NCBI GenBank assembly: GCA_951406725.2 | Contig: OX597834.1 | Location: 36,952,001-37,016,000 of the forward strand | DNA from: Octopus vulgaris | Lineage: Eukaryota | Length of the DNA stretch: 64,000 bases | Direction: 5' to 3' | Shown: one piece after another, positions 14,081 through 27,330 of the stretch | How positions within the stretch are numbered: position 1 is the first letter of the stretch | How the letters are laid out: every line of letters begins with the position of its first letter | Position numbers and translations under genes: made by a program | Notes under the pieces: model-generated | Databases searched by the model: none | Told to the model about the DNA's origin: nothing | What the model saw: the letters and a program-made list of their open reading frames with translations, nothing else

Positions 14081-14283
14081 TAATATGAGACAATTATTCA
14101 GTAGCCATGATAAAACTTCGAGTTTCGGATGTCGAGGCGGAAACCCATGCCGGCATCTCTTCAGTTGTCAGGCCATCGAAAAAAAATATGGCCCGATAAC
14201 TGAAGAGATGCCAGCGTGGGTTTCCGCCCCGACATCTGAGATTCGGAGTGTTATCATGGCTACCGAATAATTGTCACATATTA
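14081..14283. repeat. Palindrome with about 96-bp arms, each a hammerhead ribozyme-like motif
   Basis: Arms 14081-14176 and 14188-14283 are reverse complements around an 11-nt spacer. The left arm read on - gives gacaa-CTGAAGA-gatg..catc-c-GAAACT-cga-AGTT-ttatc. Confidence 0.85.
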
Positions 14284-14470
14284 CATTTACAGATAAATTC
14301 CTCTATTTACATAATATCGGGGTCTCTTTCATTCTTTTCTTGTCTTGCCCTTTCTATCAATATATATATCTATATGTATATATATATATCCATAAACAGA
14401 CACCTACATACACTCCAATATACATACATATGCACACGTAGCATGCATGTGTTGTATTCGTGTATAAATA

Positions 14471-14514
<44 letters not shown>

Positions 14515-14597
14515 TAGATAGATAGATAGATGTACATGCATAAACACACACACATACACACTTACACACAAACACACAAACATACACACGCACACAC

Positions 14598-14995
14598 ATA
14601 CTCTTTACTCTTTTTACTCTTTTACTTGTTTCAGTCATTTGACTGCGGCCATGCTGGAGCACCGCCTTTAGTCGAGCAACTCGACCCCAGGACTTATTCT
14701 TTTGTAAGCCAAGTACTTATTCTATCGATCTCTTTTGCCGAACCGCTAAGTGACAGGGACGTAAACACACCAGCATCGGTTGTCAAGCAATGCTAGGGGG
14801 ACAAACACAGACACACAAACATATACACACACACTTATATATATATATATATACATATATATGACAGGCTTCTTTCAGTTTCGGCCCGGGGCTATAGCAG
14901 AAGACACTTGCCCAAGATGCCACGCAGTGGGACTGAACCCGAAACCATGTGGTTGGTTAGCAAGCTACTTACCACACAGCCACTCCTGCGCCTGT
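14598..14995 (-). mobile_element. tRNA-derived SINE, family B (internal microsatellite)
   Basis: Head GGCGCAGGAGTGGCTGTGTGGTAAG..GGTTCAGTCCC, internal (TA)/(TG) tract, tail GGCGGTGCTCCAGCATGGCCGCAGTC..GTAAAAGAG. Many copies in the window. Confidence 0.9.
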
Positions 14996-15282
14996 ATGAA
15001 AAGATTGAAGAAAAAAATGCATTCACCTCTTCCCGATCTAGACCCAAATAACTATTTATCTGGAAGGTTCTTGAGAATCTTCTTGCAAACTTGTGCATAA
15101 ATAAAAAAAGAAATTCATTAAAATAAACCAGGTTGAATTGTTCACACCGTCAACTGTCAACAGTCGGTTCCTCAAATTCTCGCAGCACGACCGTATACCC
15201 TAGTTGTATAACTGGGTCTTTGTAAAAGTCTGTCATTTAAAGATTCAGTTATGCTATTGCATCAGAAACGCTTAACGGGGTA

Positions 15283-15512
15283 TAAGGGGTTTTGGCACAG
15301 CCGTTTTGCCGCCGCTGTTTTGGCGCCTAAGATTTCACGCTGACGTTTTTAAGGGGTTTTGGCACAGCCGTTTTGCCACCGCTGTTTTGGCGCCGCCTGT
15401 TTGGCGTCTAAGATTTCACGCTGACGTTTTTAAGGGGTTTTAGCACAGCCGTTTTGCCGCCGCTGTTTTGGCGCCGCCTGTTTGGCGTCTAAGATTTCAC
15501 GCTGACGTTTTT
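15283..15512. repeat. GC-rich tandem repeat of 3 units (67, 81 and 81 bp) built from TTTTGGCGCC-like subrepeats
   Basis: Units start TAAGGGGTTTT at about 15283, 15350 and 15431. Confidence 0.9.
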
Positions 15513-15540
15513 AATGTGCTTCTCGTCCACAACTTCCCTT

Positions 15541-15596
<56 letters not shown>

Positions 15597-16232
15597 CCTC
15601 CCTCCCTCTCTCTCTCTGTCTTTGTCTCTTCTCTGTCTCTCTTTGGTGCGAATGGTTTTTTTATAGGCGCTGTTTCTTAACCAATGCACAGTGATCGCCA
15701 TAAACTTTAAGCTTATATAAAAATATCAATATTATTATTCACAGGATTGCAAAAACCATTTGCACCGAAAGCATAGAGAAAATTTGTTTACATATTAAAA
15801 AAACAAACACGAACTATTGTAGTTCTTAAATTTGACAAGCAGTTAATAATGTTGCATGTGTACGACGCTGTGTAGTGTATGTCCGTAGATGTTTGTGTGG
15901 TTCTCCTTATTGTTCACGTCGTCGAGGTAAGCAACGTCCGCTGCTGCTACTGCTGCTGTTCTGATTGCTGTTCTGGTTGTTGTTGTAGTTGAAATTTCTC
16001 TCATTCCTGATCCAACAGACGCCTCATCAAAGACATTCCATCTTTGAACGTTCCGTAATTTATTCAGACAAGTGTATCTTGGGCTACATTACACAAAGTG
16101 TCCAATCTTTCGCTAAAAGACAGTTGCTGGGGCGCGGGGAGGGTGGTGGGTGGTGAGTGAAATGAAGGCAGTTTGACCACCGTCACCATCACGACAACGA
16201 CGACGACGATCAACACCATCACCACCACCACA

Positions 16233-16337
<105 letters not shown>

Positions 16338-16776
16338 GACGCTATCACAACTGCTTCAGAACTGTAACCACTAACAACAACAACAACAACAACACCGTCA
16401 CCTGTACCACTACAACCATCGCCACTACCACAACTCCAACTGCTCCTACAACGACACTAAACTACAAGAACGACCGGCATATAACATCAACACTACTAGC
16501 AACACTGCCACCACCACCACCACGATTACAACTACTACTACTACAACAGTCACCACCACTACCACCACCACCACCGCTACAACCACCGCCGCCGCCGCCA
16601 CCAGCAGCAGCAGCACCACCACCACCACCAATGTCATCACATACTCGTCCATTGTCGTACACAGTTAATTAGTATACAGTTTTGTTAATTAATTGGCCTC
16701 TCTGAGTCTGTGTGTGCGTATATGCATCAGTTTGTTTCAGTATAATTGCTTGCGCGTGTATGTCAGTACGAATGGA

Positions 16777-16845
<69 letters not shown>

Positions 16846-17560
16846 ACATATATACATATACATATGCATATATATACATGTATATAGATATATGTATATA
16901 TATATATATATATATACGTATATATATATATATATATGAACATATATATATATACGTATATATATATATGTATTTATATATATATGTTTGTGTGTATGTG
17001 TTTGTATGTATGAGTGTGGGTGTGTGTGTGTGTCCATGTCACCGTGTGTATATGTATATGTGTGTGTGTGCGTTTTGAGCGACACCTGCAGGAACCGAGA
17101 TTCTCTTGAATGGTTTGAGATGAAGAGATGATAAGGAATGACAGTGGAAGAATCCAGTGGAAGTCGCAGAACAACGGCGAACGGTGCCGTTAAGATAAAT
17201 AAAATTCCTCGAAATTAGACAGACTCGCTTCCTGGCAGACATCTTGGTTTGTTGCTTTTTTTTTTATTATTCTTGTTTTAAGTTTTTGTTTTTGTCTTTC
17301 TTTCTTATTTTTTTTTTTAATCAAAAGAAAATCTAACAAAGAAGTGCGTTTTGGAAACCGATTTTTCTTTGTAAAATCATTTGTATGTACAGTGTGTGTG
17401 TGTGTGTGTGTGTGTGTACATGTGCATTCGTATTTTAATATGTGTTTGTGTAATGGGGGTGGTTTGTGTATATATGTGTAGGTGTGTATTTGCTGATGCG
17501 TTGTATGTGTGTATTTTCATACCTTAATATGTGTATGTGAATGTGTGTGTATTTGTGTGA

Positions 17561-17594
<34 letters not shown>

Positions 17595-17614
17595 GCATAT
17601 ATACATATATATAT

Positions 17615-17661
<47 letters not shown>

Positions 17662-17924
17662 CATATATATATACACACGTACATGCGCATGCATATACAT
17701 ATACATATACATGCATGCATACACACGCACACATACATACATACATGCATATATATATGTATGTATGTGTATGTATGCATAAATGTATACATATATACAT
17801 GTATGTATGTATGCACGTATGTAACTGAGATGTGCTATTTTGGGCTAATAATCGTAAGATTGTGGTTTCGATTCCTGGACCGGGTAACACGTTCAGCAAA
17901 ACAGACTCTCTTAAATGCCTGGAT

Positions 17925-18170
17925 GTGAAGGTGCATGGCTTAGTGGTTAGGGTGTTGGACTAATGATTGTAATATTGTGGTTTCGCTTCATGGACCGGGT
18001 GATACTTTGCGTTCTTGAGCAAAACACTTAAATCGACGTTGCTGCAGTCAACTCAACTGGCAAAAATGATTAATCTTGCGATGGTCCGGCGTCTCGTCCG
18101 GGTGGCGTATATATACACGCCATTGAAATCGGAAAACTGACTCTAAAGACTCGTCATGACTCCGGAAGGA
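17925..18170 (+). mobile_element. tRNA-derived SINE, family C (CORE-like domain), diverged
   Basis: A-box TGGCTTAGTGG, then gttcttgagcaaaacact..cagtcaactcaactggcaaaaatga, as at 44467. Confidence 0.7.
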
Positions 18171-18327
18171 AAATTTACGTTTTCCTTTAACAATTTTATT
18201 TATCTATTATTATTAATACTTTTCATCCTTTCAGGGTCGATCAATTAAGTACCAGTCGTGCAGTGGGGTGGGTCGATGTAATCGACTAGTCCACCCACCA
18301 AAGGATCATCATCATCATCATAATCAC

Positions 18328-18359
<32 letters not shown>

Positions 18360-18360
18360 G

Positions 18361-18393
<33 letters not shown>

Positions 18394-18396
18394 TAC

Positions 18397-18428
<32 letters not shown>

Positions 18429-19409
18429 GAAGTAGTAGTAGTAGCAAAAGTGAGATAATGATGCTGATCTGACCATTGTTGTTTTTTTGTCTTTTCTATT
18501 CGTTTATTTATTTGTTTTTTAACCACTCCACCCTCACCCGCCCTCCACCTTGTATCAAAAGAGATTGAAACATCTCCAGCTGGGTGGGTCACTTCTTCTA
18601 GACTAATATGTGCCGGTGTGGTTTGGTGGTGGTGGTGGTGGATATCTAATTAGCTCCGCTCGGTGCCTCCACCCCACCCGTCCGTTGGCACGTTTATTTT
18701 CATTGTGGGTCTCTAAACAAATGGAGAATGCTTTGAAATAAGGAAAGCACCAAGACGACGACGACGACGACAACCATTATGACCCCCGCCAACTACCACC
18801 ACTATCATCAGTACCACCAGTGCCACCATTATTACCATCACCACCATCATCATCATCATCAACACCACCATCTCTACCACCAAAGCCACGTCTATTATAA
18901 CAACCAGCACCACAATCACCACCATCATCACAACTGCCGCCAACACAACCATCACCAGTACCACCTCCACCCCCACCCCCCACTACCCCACCCCCACCCC
19001 CACTACCCCACCCCACTACCCCATCCACCACCTCCATCACCTCCATTATCATCGTCGTCGTCTTCATCATCATCATCATCGTCATCTGAAATTTTACAAA
19101 ATGACTTTCTTCCAGCGCTAGAAGAGCGATTGATTTCTGTATGTATGCAAAACACACACTTACACACACACACACACACACTCTCACACACACACACACT
19201 TACACACACACATACACACACACACACACACACATACGTACACGTATTTATTTACACACAAACATAATATATATATACACACACACGCATACACACACAC
19301 ATACACACACACACACACATATATACATATACACACACACGCATATACACGCACACACACACACACATAATATATATATATATACACACACACGCATACA
19401 CACACACAT

Positions 19410-19451
<42 letters not shown>

Positions 19452-19949
19452 TTAAATATATATATACGCGCACATGCGTTATATGCATGTACACACATAA
19501 ATACATGCATACACACATACCCCCTCCACACACACACACACTCACCTTCATATTTCATCATAAGCTATATATATATATATATGACACATGATACAGCTTA
19601 CGTAAGTATGACAAGACACTTAAAACAGCACTGAACATCAGAGGCTTGAATCAATATTTTGGAGATCATAATTGCAAAATAAATATTTCGAAACGTCTCG
19701 ACATTGACATAACATTTCTGGTTCAGGCCTTTCCTTTTAATCTGTTGTTTTCTTGAGAAAAACAAATAATTTCGTCTCGTTTACAATGAAAAATCTAACG
19801 GAAACTGCCATGAATATTAGAAGAAGAGAATCGAGAAAAGGGTTTCTATTGCCACCGATCCTAAGTGCTTCGAAAGGCTTGCGGAAAATAGTCCCCAGTT
19901 TGTGTGTTTGTTCTTTGTTTTTGTTGGAGTTCTTTTTTAATGAGCCAGT

Positions 19950-20226
19950 AGGCGCAGTTGTGGCTGTGTGGTAAGAAGCTTGCTTCCCAACCACATGGTT
20001 CCGGGTTCAGTCCCACCGTGTGACACCTTGTGTAAGTTGCTTCCCAACCACATGGTTCCGGGTTCAGCCCCACTGTCTGGCACCTTGCGCAAGTTGCTTC
20101 CCAATCACATTGTTCCGGGTTCAGTCCCACGGTGCGGCACCTAGCGCAAATGCTTTCTACTATAGTCTTGAGCCAACTACAGCCTTGAGAGCGAATTTGG
20201 CAGACGGAAACTGAAAGAAGCTCATA

Positions 20227-20312
<86 letters not shown>

Positions 20313-20465
20313 CGTGCGCGCGCGTGTGTGTGTGTTTGTGTGTGTATGTGTGTGTGTAAGTGTGTTTTTTCGTGCGTGTGTTCATCCCCCACCACCACTC
20401 GACAACCGGGGTTTACGCCCCCATAAAAAGCGGTCCGGAAACAGAGACTGATAGAAACAAGTACG
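19950..20465 (+). mobile_element. SINE family B with a triplicated 57-bp head segment
   Basis: gcttcccaaccacatggttccgggttcagtcccac repeated 3 times at about 19982-20150. Confidence 0.85.
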
Positions 20466-20821
20466 GAGGTCGAGGGAAGATGAATGGAGGCATACTGTCG
20501 CCATCACTAGTGATAACTCCAAACACCATGATGTTGTGTATGTTTGATTTTTTATCACTCTCAGTCCTCAGATTGCACTCTCCTCAGATTGACACCCAAA
20601 CACCTTGAAATGGTCGTATTGGAGCTTCCAGTGTGAATGCCAAGCAGGACAGCATGTCGTTTCCAAATTTCTGGCAGAGTGAATTGCGTCATGGTGCTTT
20701 TTTTTCACGGACAGTTCCCAATTGACCCTACTATACTGTGTAGTCGACAAAATCAAAACAAACCATGCGCATGTGCGAAATTAAAAATCTAAAATGGTGA
20801 CAATTTACCCATCGCACCATG

Positions 20822-20894
<73 letters not shown>

Positions 20895-20896
<2 letters not shown>

Positions 20897-21411
20897 GCAA
20901 TTTAACATAAAATATAAATTACTAAGTAGACAAGAACACAAGGAGACGACACAAAAAAACGACAGGTCACTCGAAGCCTCTGATCCTCAGTCGGGAACCG
21001 GATCATCTTAGTGATTTCGGCTGTTTAATCTCGATATCACTCCGAAACGGCCAGCCCCAAGGACACTCCAAGCCACAGGCATTGGACTCCCTGGCCAGAG
21101 GGCCGAATGTACACGGAACAAGGACAGGACGCCACACGAATGTAAAAACAAGAAACAAAAATATATAAAACAGAAATAAAAAACACGAAGGTGGACAGTA
21201 CAAAGGACAGAAGCGTCATACGACTTTAGACAATTATTAACTTATCTGGCGGCGTAAATGAAAAAGGCCTTCAACGGCTCAAACGAAGACAACATGGCTG
21301 AAGTGGCGGTTTGAACGCAGTCACGTGAGAGGACGGAAGAAAGAGAAAGAAAAAGGGAGGCAGGGAGCAAGGAATCAAAGAGAGAGGGGAAGAAAGGGAC
21401 GAAGGCAATAG

Positions 21412-21450
<39 letters not shown>

Positions 21451-21843
21451 GAGTACTAAGGGAGGGGAGAAGAAACAGGATTCGAGAAAAGAAAAAGACA
21501 CATACTATAGAGAGAGTGTGTAAAGACGTCGTACGAGGTGAGGATGTGTGATATACATAGAAGTTAGGTACGTAAACACCGCAAATATATGTATGCAATT
21601 TAACATAAAATATAAATTACTAAGTAGACAAGAACACAAGGAGACGACACAAAAAAAACGACAGGTCACTCGAAGCCTCTGATCCTCAGTCGGGAACCGG
21701 ATCATCTTAGTGATTTCGGCTGTTTAATCTCGATATCACTCCGAAACGGCCAGCCCCAAGGACACTCCAAGCCACAGGCATTGGACTCCCTGGCCAGAGG
21801 GCCGAATGTACACGGAACAAGGACAGGACGCCACACGAATGTA
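20895..21843. mobile_element. Non-coding element with 250-bp identical direct terminal repeats (pseudo-LTR/partial tandem, probably PLE-dependent)
   Basis: 20895-21144 and 21593-21843 are identical apart from one A in a poly-A run. No TG..CA LTR ends and no recognisable ORF. Confidence 0.75.
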
Positions 21844-22495
21844 GGTACATATTTGCATACACACATATATAAATATATATGAGTGTATATAATACCTAAA
21901 TACATATCTATATAAGTATATACACATACACATATCTATATACACATGTATATATGTGCATATATATATTACACTTTTTCTTTCTCCTCCTCCTTTCTCT
22001 CTTTCTTCGTATACACACATGTACAAACATACACACACTCACACACACACATGAATATATACGGGCATATATATCGATTTGGTCTCCCCACAATGGCAAA
22101 TTCTTTCCAAATGTGGAATTTTCCACTTACTCTATATTTTTGAAAAATATTTTACTCCGTTGTTTTCAGGCGGATCAAAAACGAACCGTTTGCCACCCCA
22201 CAGCGACTGGGTACGGTAGAGTAATTTCGTGAAAAATTTAGTGAAAGTCTTTCGTGAAATTCGACTCTTCTCATTAGCGCGAACACATTGATTCTTGTTA
22301 TGCTTGTAAATTTGCTCCCTAGTTAAGGTTGATTAAACCTGAAACAATCCAGCTGAACTTACACACAGACTGTAAGAAAATATAACGTTGGAATGAGGCT
22401 TGTTACTTTCTATGTGGTCGGTTGACTTAACAGAGAAGCAGCCATTTTCCTCTTAGCACTTTTACTGTGGAAATTATATATACATATAAATATAG

Positions 22496-22665
22496 GCGTA
22501 GGCGTGATAGTGTGGGAAAAAGGTTGCTTTCCAGCCACATGGTTCCGGGTTCAGTCCCATTGCGTGACACCTTGGGCAAATGTCCTCTAATATAGCCTTA
22601 TAGCTTCAGGCCAACCAAAGCCTTGTCAGTGGATTTGGTAGACGGAAATTAAAAGAAGCCTGCCA
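22496..22665 (+). mobile_element. SINE family B, 5' half
   Basis: ccacatggttccgggttcagtccc..gtggatttggtagacggaaa. Confidence 0.8.
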
Positions 22666-22677
22666 TATATATATATA

Positions 22678-22772
<95 letters not shown>

Positions 22773-23534
22773 GTGTGTGTGTATATATATATACTTATAT
22801 ATACTTATACACACACACACATACACACATATATACATACATACATACATACACACACACATACACACACACACAATATACCTACATATATACATACATA
22901 CACACACACATATATATAATGGTGCATATATATATATATACATACATACATACATACATACATACATACATACATACATACATACATAAAAACATACATA
23001 CATGCACGTGCCCACATATATTAACGTACATACAGGAAGAGAGGCAATAAGAGTAAGAGAGAGAGAAAAAGATACAAAGAGAGAAAGAGGGAGAGGAGGA
23101 TGGAGAGAGAGAGAGAGCGAGAGAGAGAGAGGGTAACAGAAGACTTGAACGAATGACGTGACGTCATAAGATTAAATGTGCTAACGGTTGTTTGTAGTTA
23201 CAGACTACCGATGGGAATTGACTGTTGGTCTAACACGACAATGACGGCTGGTATTATATATATATATATATATATTATATTATATATATTATATATATAT
23301 ATATTATATCTTATATAACTCTGTGGCAATGAGAGGGTGAGAGAGTGATAGGAGGAGGTTAAGAGAGAGAAAGCTTGCGGGAGGAGAAGATAAGGAAGAG
23401 GGAGGGAGGGAGGGAGAGAGGCAGGGAGGTATTGATTTTATGAGTAATTTTTCTGGTATTGAAAATCAACTAAAATAGCATTTTACACCAGCCAACGCTA
23501 ATTGCATAATTATTGTTTTATATACACAAACACG

Positions 23535-23590
<56 letters not shown>

Positions 23591-23974
23591 CATACACACA
23601 CGCATTTGTAGTTATAAAAGATCTCAATATGGCGTGCGTATACGCAACACACACACAACACAACATGCTCACAACACACATACATACACATGTTTATACA
23701 GTCGCATTTACACACGTACATTCCAATAATGTGTGCGTTATCTCCGCCTTTATCTCTCTGCCACTCGCACACATAGACTTACCTGTGCAGTCAAATGGTC
23801 ACGACCCATGCCGTGCCTCCGGCCAAGCCATATTCGCCTAGATTTAAATGTCTACAGTTGCTCTTATTGAAAGGACGAGTTGAGTTGGCTTCAAAACCCT
23901 TCGTGGACAAAATTTCTTCAGCATTCAGCGAATGAGGATTCGCACGCTATACATGTAACAACATCTGTACGATT

Positions 23975-24082
23975 ATTTACATTATTTGCATTATTTACAC
24001 TCGATGTTTCAGCTGATATACCCTCCGGCCTTCTTCTGGTGTCTTGGGAAATTTCGAACCTGGGTTCTCATTCCTGGTGTTG

Positions 24083-24121
<39 letters not shown>

Positions 24122-24198
24122 TCACTGCTTGGTATCGAACTCGGAATATTGGGGTTAGTAGCCCGCGTTCTTAACCACTACGCCATATACCCACGGGC

Positions 24199-24294
<96 letters not shown>

Positions 24295-24473
24295 GCATCG
24301 AAGAATACCTTAAGAATGAGAACCCAGGTTCGAAATTTCCCCCAAGACACCTGATGAAGACTGGAGGGTATATCAGCCGAAACGTTGTGTTAACAACAAA
24401 CAAGATGAGGACAAATATCCGTCGAATGTAAATAATGTACACAGTTCCTCATCTCTTAAATATAGAACTGTAC
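23975..24473. mobile_element. Composite element: Pol III tRNA-like head plus two inverted HHR-bearing tails, with 10-bp TSD
   Basis: TSD CTGTACGATT at 23965-23974 and 24474-24483. Minus-strand head at 24120-24200 (A-box TGGCGTAGTGG, B-box GAGTTCGATACC). Tails at about 23975-24075 (-) and 24312-24473 (+). Confidence 0.75.
24346..24391 (+). ncRNA. Minimal type I hammerhead ribozyme
   Basis: gacac-CTGATGA-a-gactg(gagggtatat)cagcc-GAAAC-GTT-gtgtt. 5-bp stem I, stem II with one mismatch, palindromic ACGU stem III, GUU triplet. Confidence 0.75.
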
Positions 24474-25186
24474 CTGTACGATTGTTCAGGTATGTTTACA
24501 ATCGTTGTGGTTGAGCCTGCTATTTACCATAGTGGTAGTAGGGTGTCAGTGGTCAGTTACTCGAGCCAGTAATGTAGTTTGGCTGGCAGGCACTATAGGA
24601 TCTGTTGGAATGTCACTAGCTGCGACATTCACGTTTTCGTTTTTGTTTATAGACTTGGGAAGAAAGTTAATTTTCGATTTCTTAATAACGTTACAGTTAC
24701 TAACCTTCTTCCTATGTTCTACAAATGTTGCTTGTTGGCGAAGTTGCTTCGCAATAAAATGATTTAATTCTGAATGCAGATCGACCCCATATAATCGTTT
24801 CATATGGCCAACAGCGGAGTTTTGTTCGCTTTTCCGTAGCAGTTAAATAGATCATTATATTATTCATAACTCCAAGAGGAATGAGTTTTGTAGTTACGCT
24901 TTCTTCTATGACTACAGCTAGAGAGAATTTGTTTACCTGTTGAGCTGTTCTTTTTGTTCTGTTCCTCGTTTATGTTGTTGTTGATGTGTCCAGCCATGTT
25001 GTTTGTAGTGACTCTCTGCATGCTAAGTTCAAGTTGCAGCCGAGACTCCCTCGGTTAATTCCTCTGAAGATTAATCAGTTATTTAACAAGGCCGATAGTT
25101 GAGACACCAAAGTTGGAGATAGTATTCATCGTATTTTGGATAAATAGTCTCCCACGCCAAATACGCAACTTGTCGCTCCGAGTTCT

Positions 25187-25292
25187 TATGTATGTATGTA
25201 TGTATGTATGTATGTATGTATGTATGTATGTATGTATGTATGTATGTATGTATGTATGTGTGTGTGTGTATGTATGTATGTATGTATGTTTG

Positions 25293-25326
<34 letters not shown>

Positions 25327-25900
25327 TGTATGTATGTATGTGTGTGTATGTATGTATGTAAGTATGTATGTATGTATGTATGTACGTATGTGTATGTATG
25401 TATGTATGTAAGTATGTATGTATGTATTGATGTATGTGTGTGTATGTATGTATGTATGTATGTATTGATGTATGTGTGTGTGTATGTATGTATGTATGTA
25501 TGTATGTATGTATGTATGTATGTATGTATGTATGTATGTATGTATGTATGTGTGTGTATGTATGTATGTATGTATGTATGTATGTATTGTATGTATGTGT
25601 GTGTGTATGTATGTATGTATGTATGTATGTGTGTGTGTATGTATGTCTGTATGTATGTATGTATGTATGCATGTATGTATGTATGTATGTATTGATGTAT
25701 GTGTGTGTGTATGTATGTATGTATGTATGTATGTATGTTTGTATGTATGTATGTAAGTATGTATGTATGTGTTTGTTTGTATGTATGTATGTATGTATGT
25801 TTGTACGGATGTATGTATGTATGTATGTATGTATGTTTGTACGGATGTATGTATGTATGTATGTATGTATGTATGTACGGATGTATGTATGTATGTATGT
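25187..25900. repeat. Long (TATG)n microsatellite
   Basis: Direct reading. Confidence 0.95.
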
Positions 25901-26399
25901 AAATTTTTATTTTTTATATCTAAATTTGACATTTTTCAATACTTTAAATTTCTTGCCAAATGACAATCATCCCCAGCTGATCATCGACGCACTCTATCTG
26001 CGTCCTTATATTTTCGAACAAGAGAGCTTAGTGCCCCCACTCAACCCAGAGCAATATCTGTGTACCAATGGTTTCTGGGTTATTTTTTCATCATGAGCAT
26101 AGAATAACTGTTCGGCTAGAGATGACGACACTAAATTCTTGCTCGAAATATATGCTTTCCAAAGTGACATACTGTCACTGATCTCATAAATAGAAAATGA
26201 AAGAAAATCTATAAAACGAACGACTTTTTACGGAGCAGTAGAACACTGACTTCGCTCTTGCTTTCAGCATCCAGCTGATCTTAATCTCTACAGCTGAATA
26301 GTAATTTAACTGAATGGTCTTTCTTGTAGCTTAACATAACTTTTCATCGCAACATTTAGGTATGATTTTCATCTTTACACTTAAGTTATAGTCCTATCA

Positions 26400-27220
26400 C
26401 GTAAGTAATTATCTTCGTCTGTACATTGTTGGTATTTCTTAGCCGTATTCATGTATATAATGCGCATTTCACAATAGATAATTTTACATAGAATAAGACA
26501 GTTATATTCCTCTTCTCTTCGTTCCTGAAGACAGAGCTGTGATTTATATAACGGTACCTAAAACGGCTTTTAGTCATACCGATCTATGATTATTTGATCT
26601 CTGCACTATACATTTTGGAGCTGATCTTCAACTTGGAAGTAATATCTTTCACAAATATTTGCCATAAAGAAGACACAACTATTTAAGCCTGTAGTAATAT
26701 TTTACTTTTGATGGACCAATCATTTTAAGTGTATTCATTATAATATAATAAGTTTTTTGAACAGCTGGTTACAGCTGTAGTATTATTTTCTATTGAACAG
26801 TTTACGACACTTATGGCTGGTAGGGAAATGCTTATTAATTACTGCTAGAGTATTTCGAGCTATATTTAATATGATGTTTACAGTGAAGCCTTGGTTAAAC
26901 CAGATTACGTTATGTTTTCTAAGGTTGTGCAAACGTTGCTCCTACCTAGGTGATAGACTGATTGTTTTTGTCCCATTCATTACTGTAGTAACTGAGAGTT
27001 TTATCGAAGATTGCTTAATTGACGATATATCGGATACTCCCCCTTTTTTTTTTACATAATTTACTAATGTTTAGATATAAAGAAAGGATAGATAAAATCC
27101 TCATTAATATACATAAACCTTTGGCTAGCTTTCTATGTTGTTGATCTCTATCTGTGTTTAGGTTTAGTGTAATGTCTAGGAAACTAATGATACTAGTGTT
27201 TTGTTTATTGCAACATATAA
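26400..27220 (-). mobile_element. Decayed Penelope-like retroelement (end of RT, thumb/linker, GIY-YIG endonuclease)
   Basis: Manual translation across frames: ISFLDITLNLNT..HRK; RKHNVIWFNQGFTVNIILNIARNTLAVINKHFPTSHKCRKLFNRK; *IGMTKSRFRYRYINHSSVFRNEEKRN. Confidence 0.8.
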
Positions 27221-27330
27221 TCTGTTTGATGTCAGTATCGATAGTTAAGATCAGACACGATGTAAATTAACCGGTTTATACTTAAATCTAAATTCAAAAC
27301 CTTAGAGGCAATTTTATATAGGGATGGTGA

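Noticed and set aside
23790-25080. Host sequence of the HHR composite element, including ORF 24546-24803
   Set aside because: Looks like decayed retroelement coding sequence (possibly a PLE N-terminus), but I could not verify a diagnostic motif.
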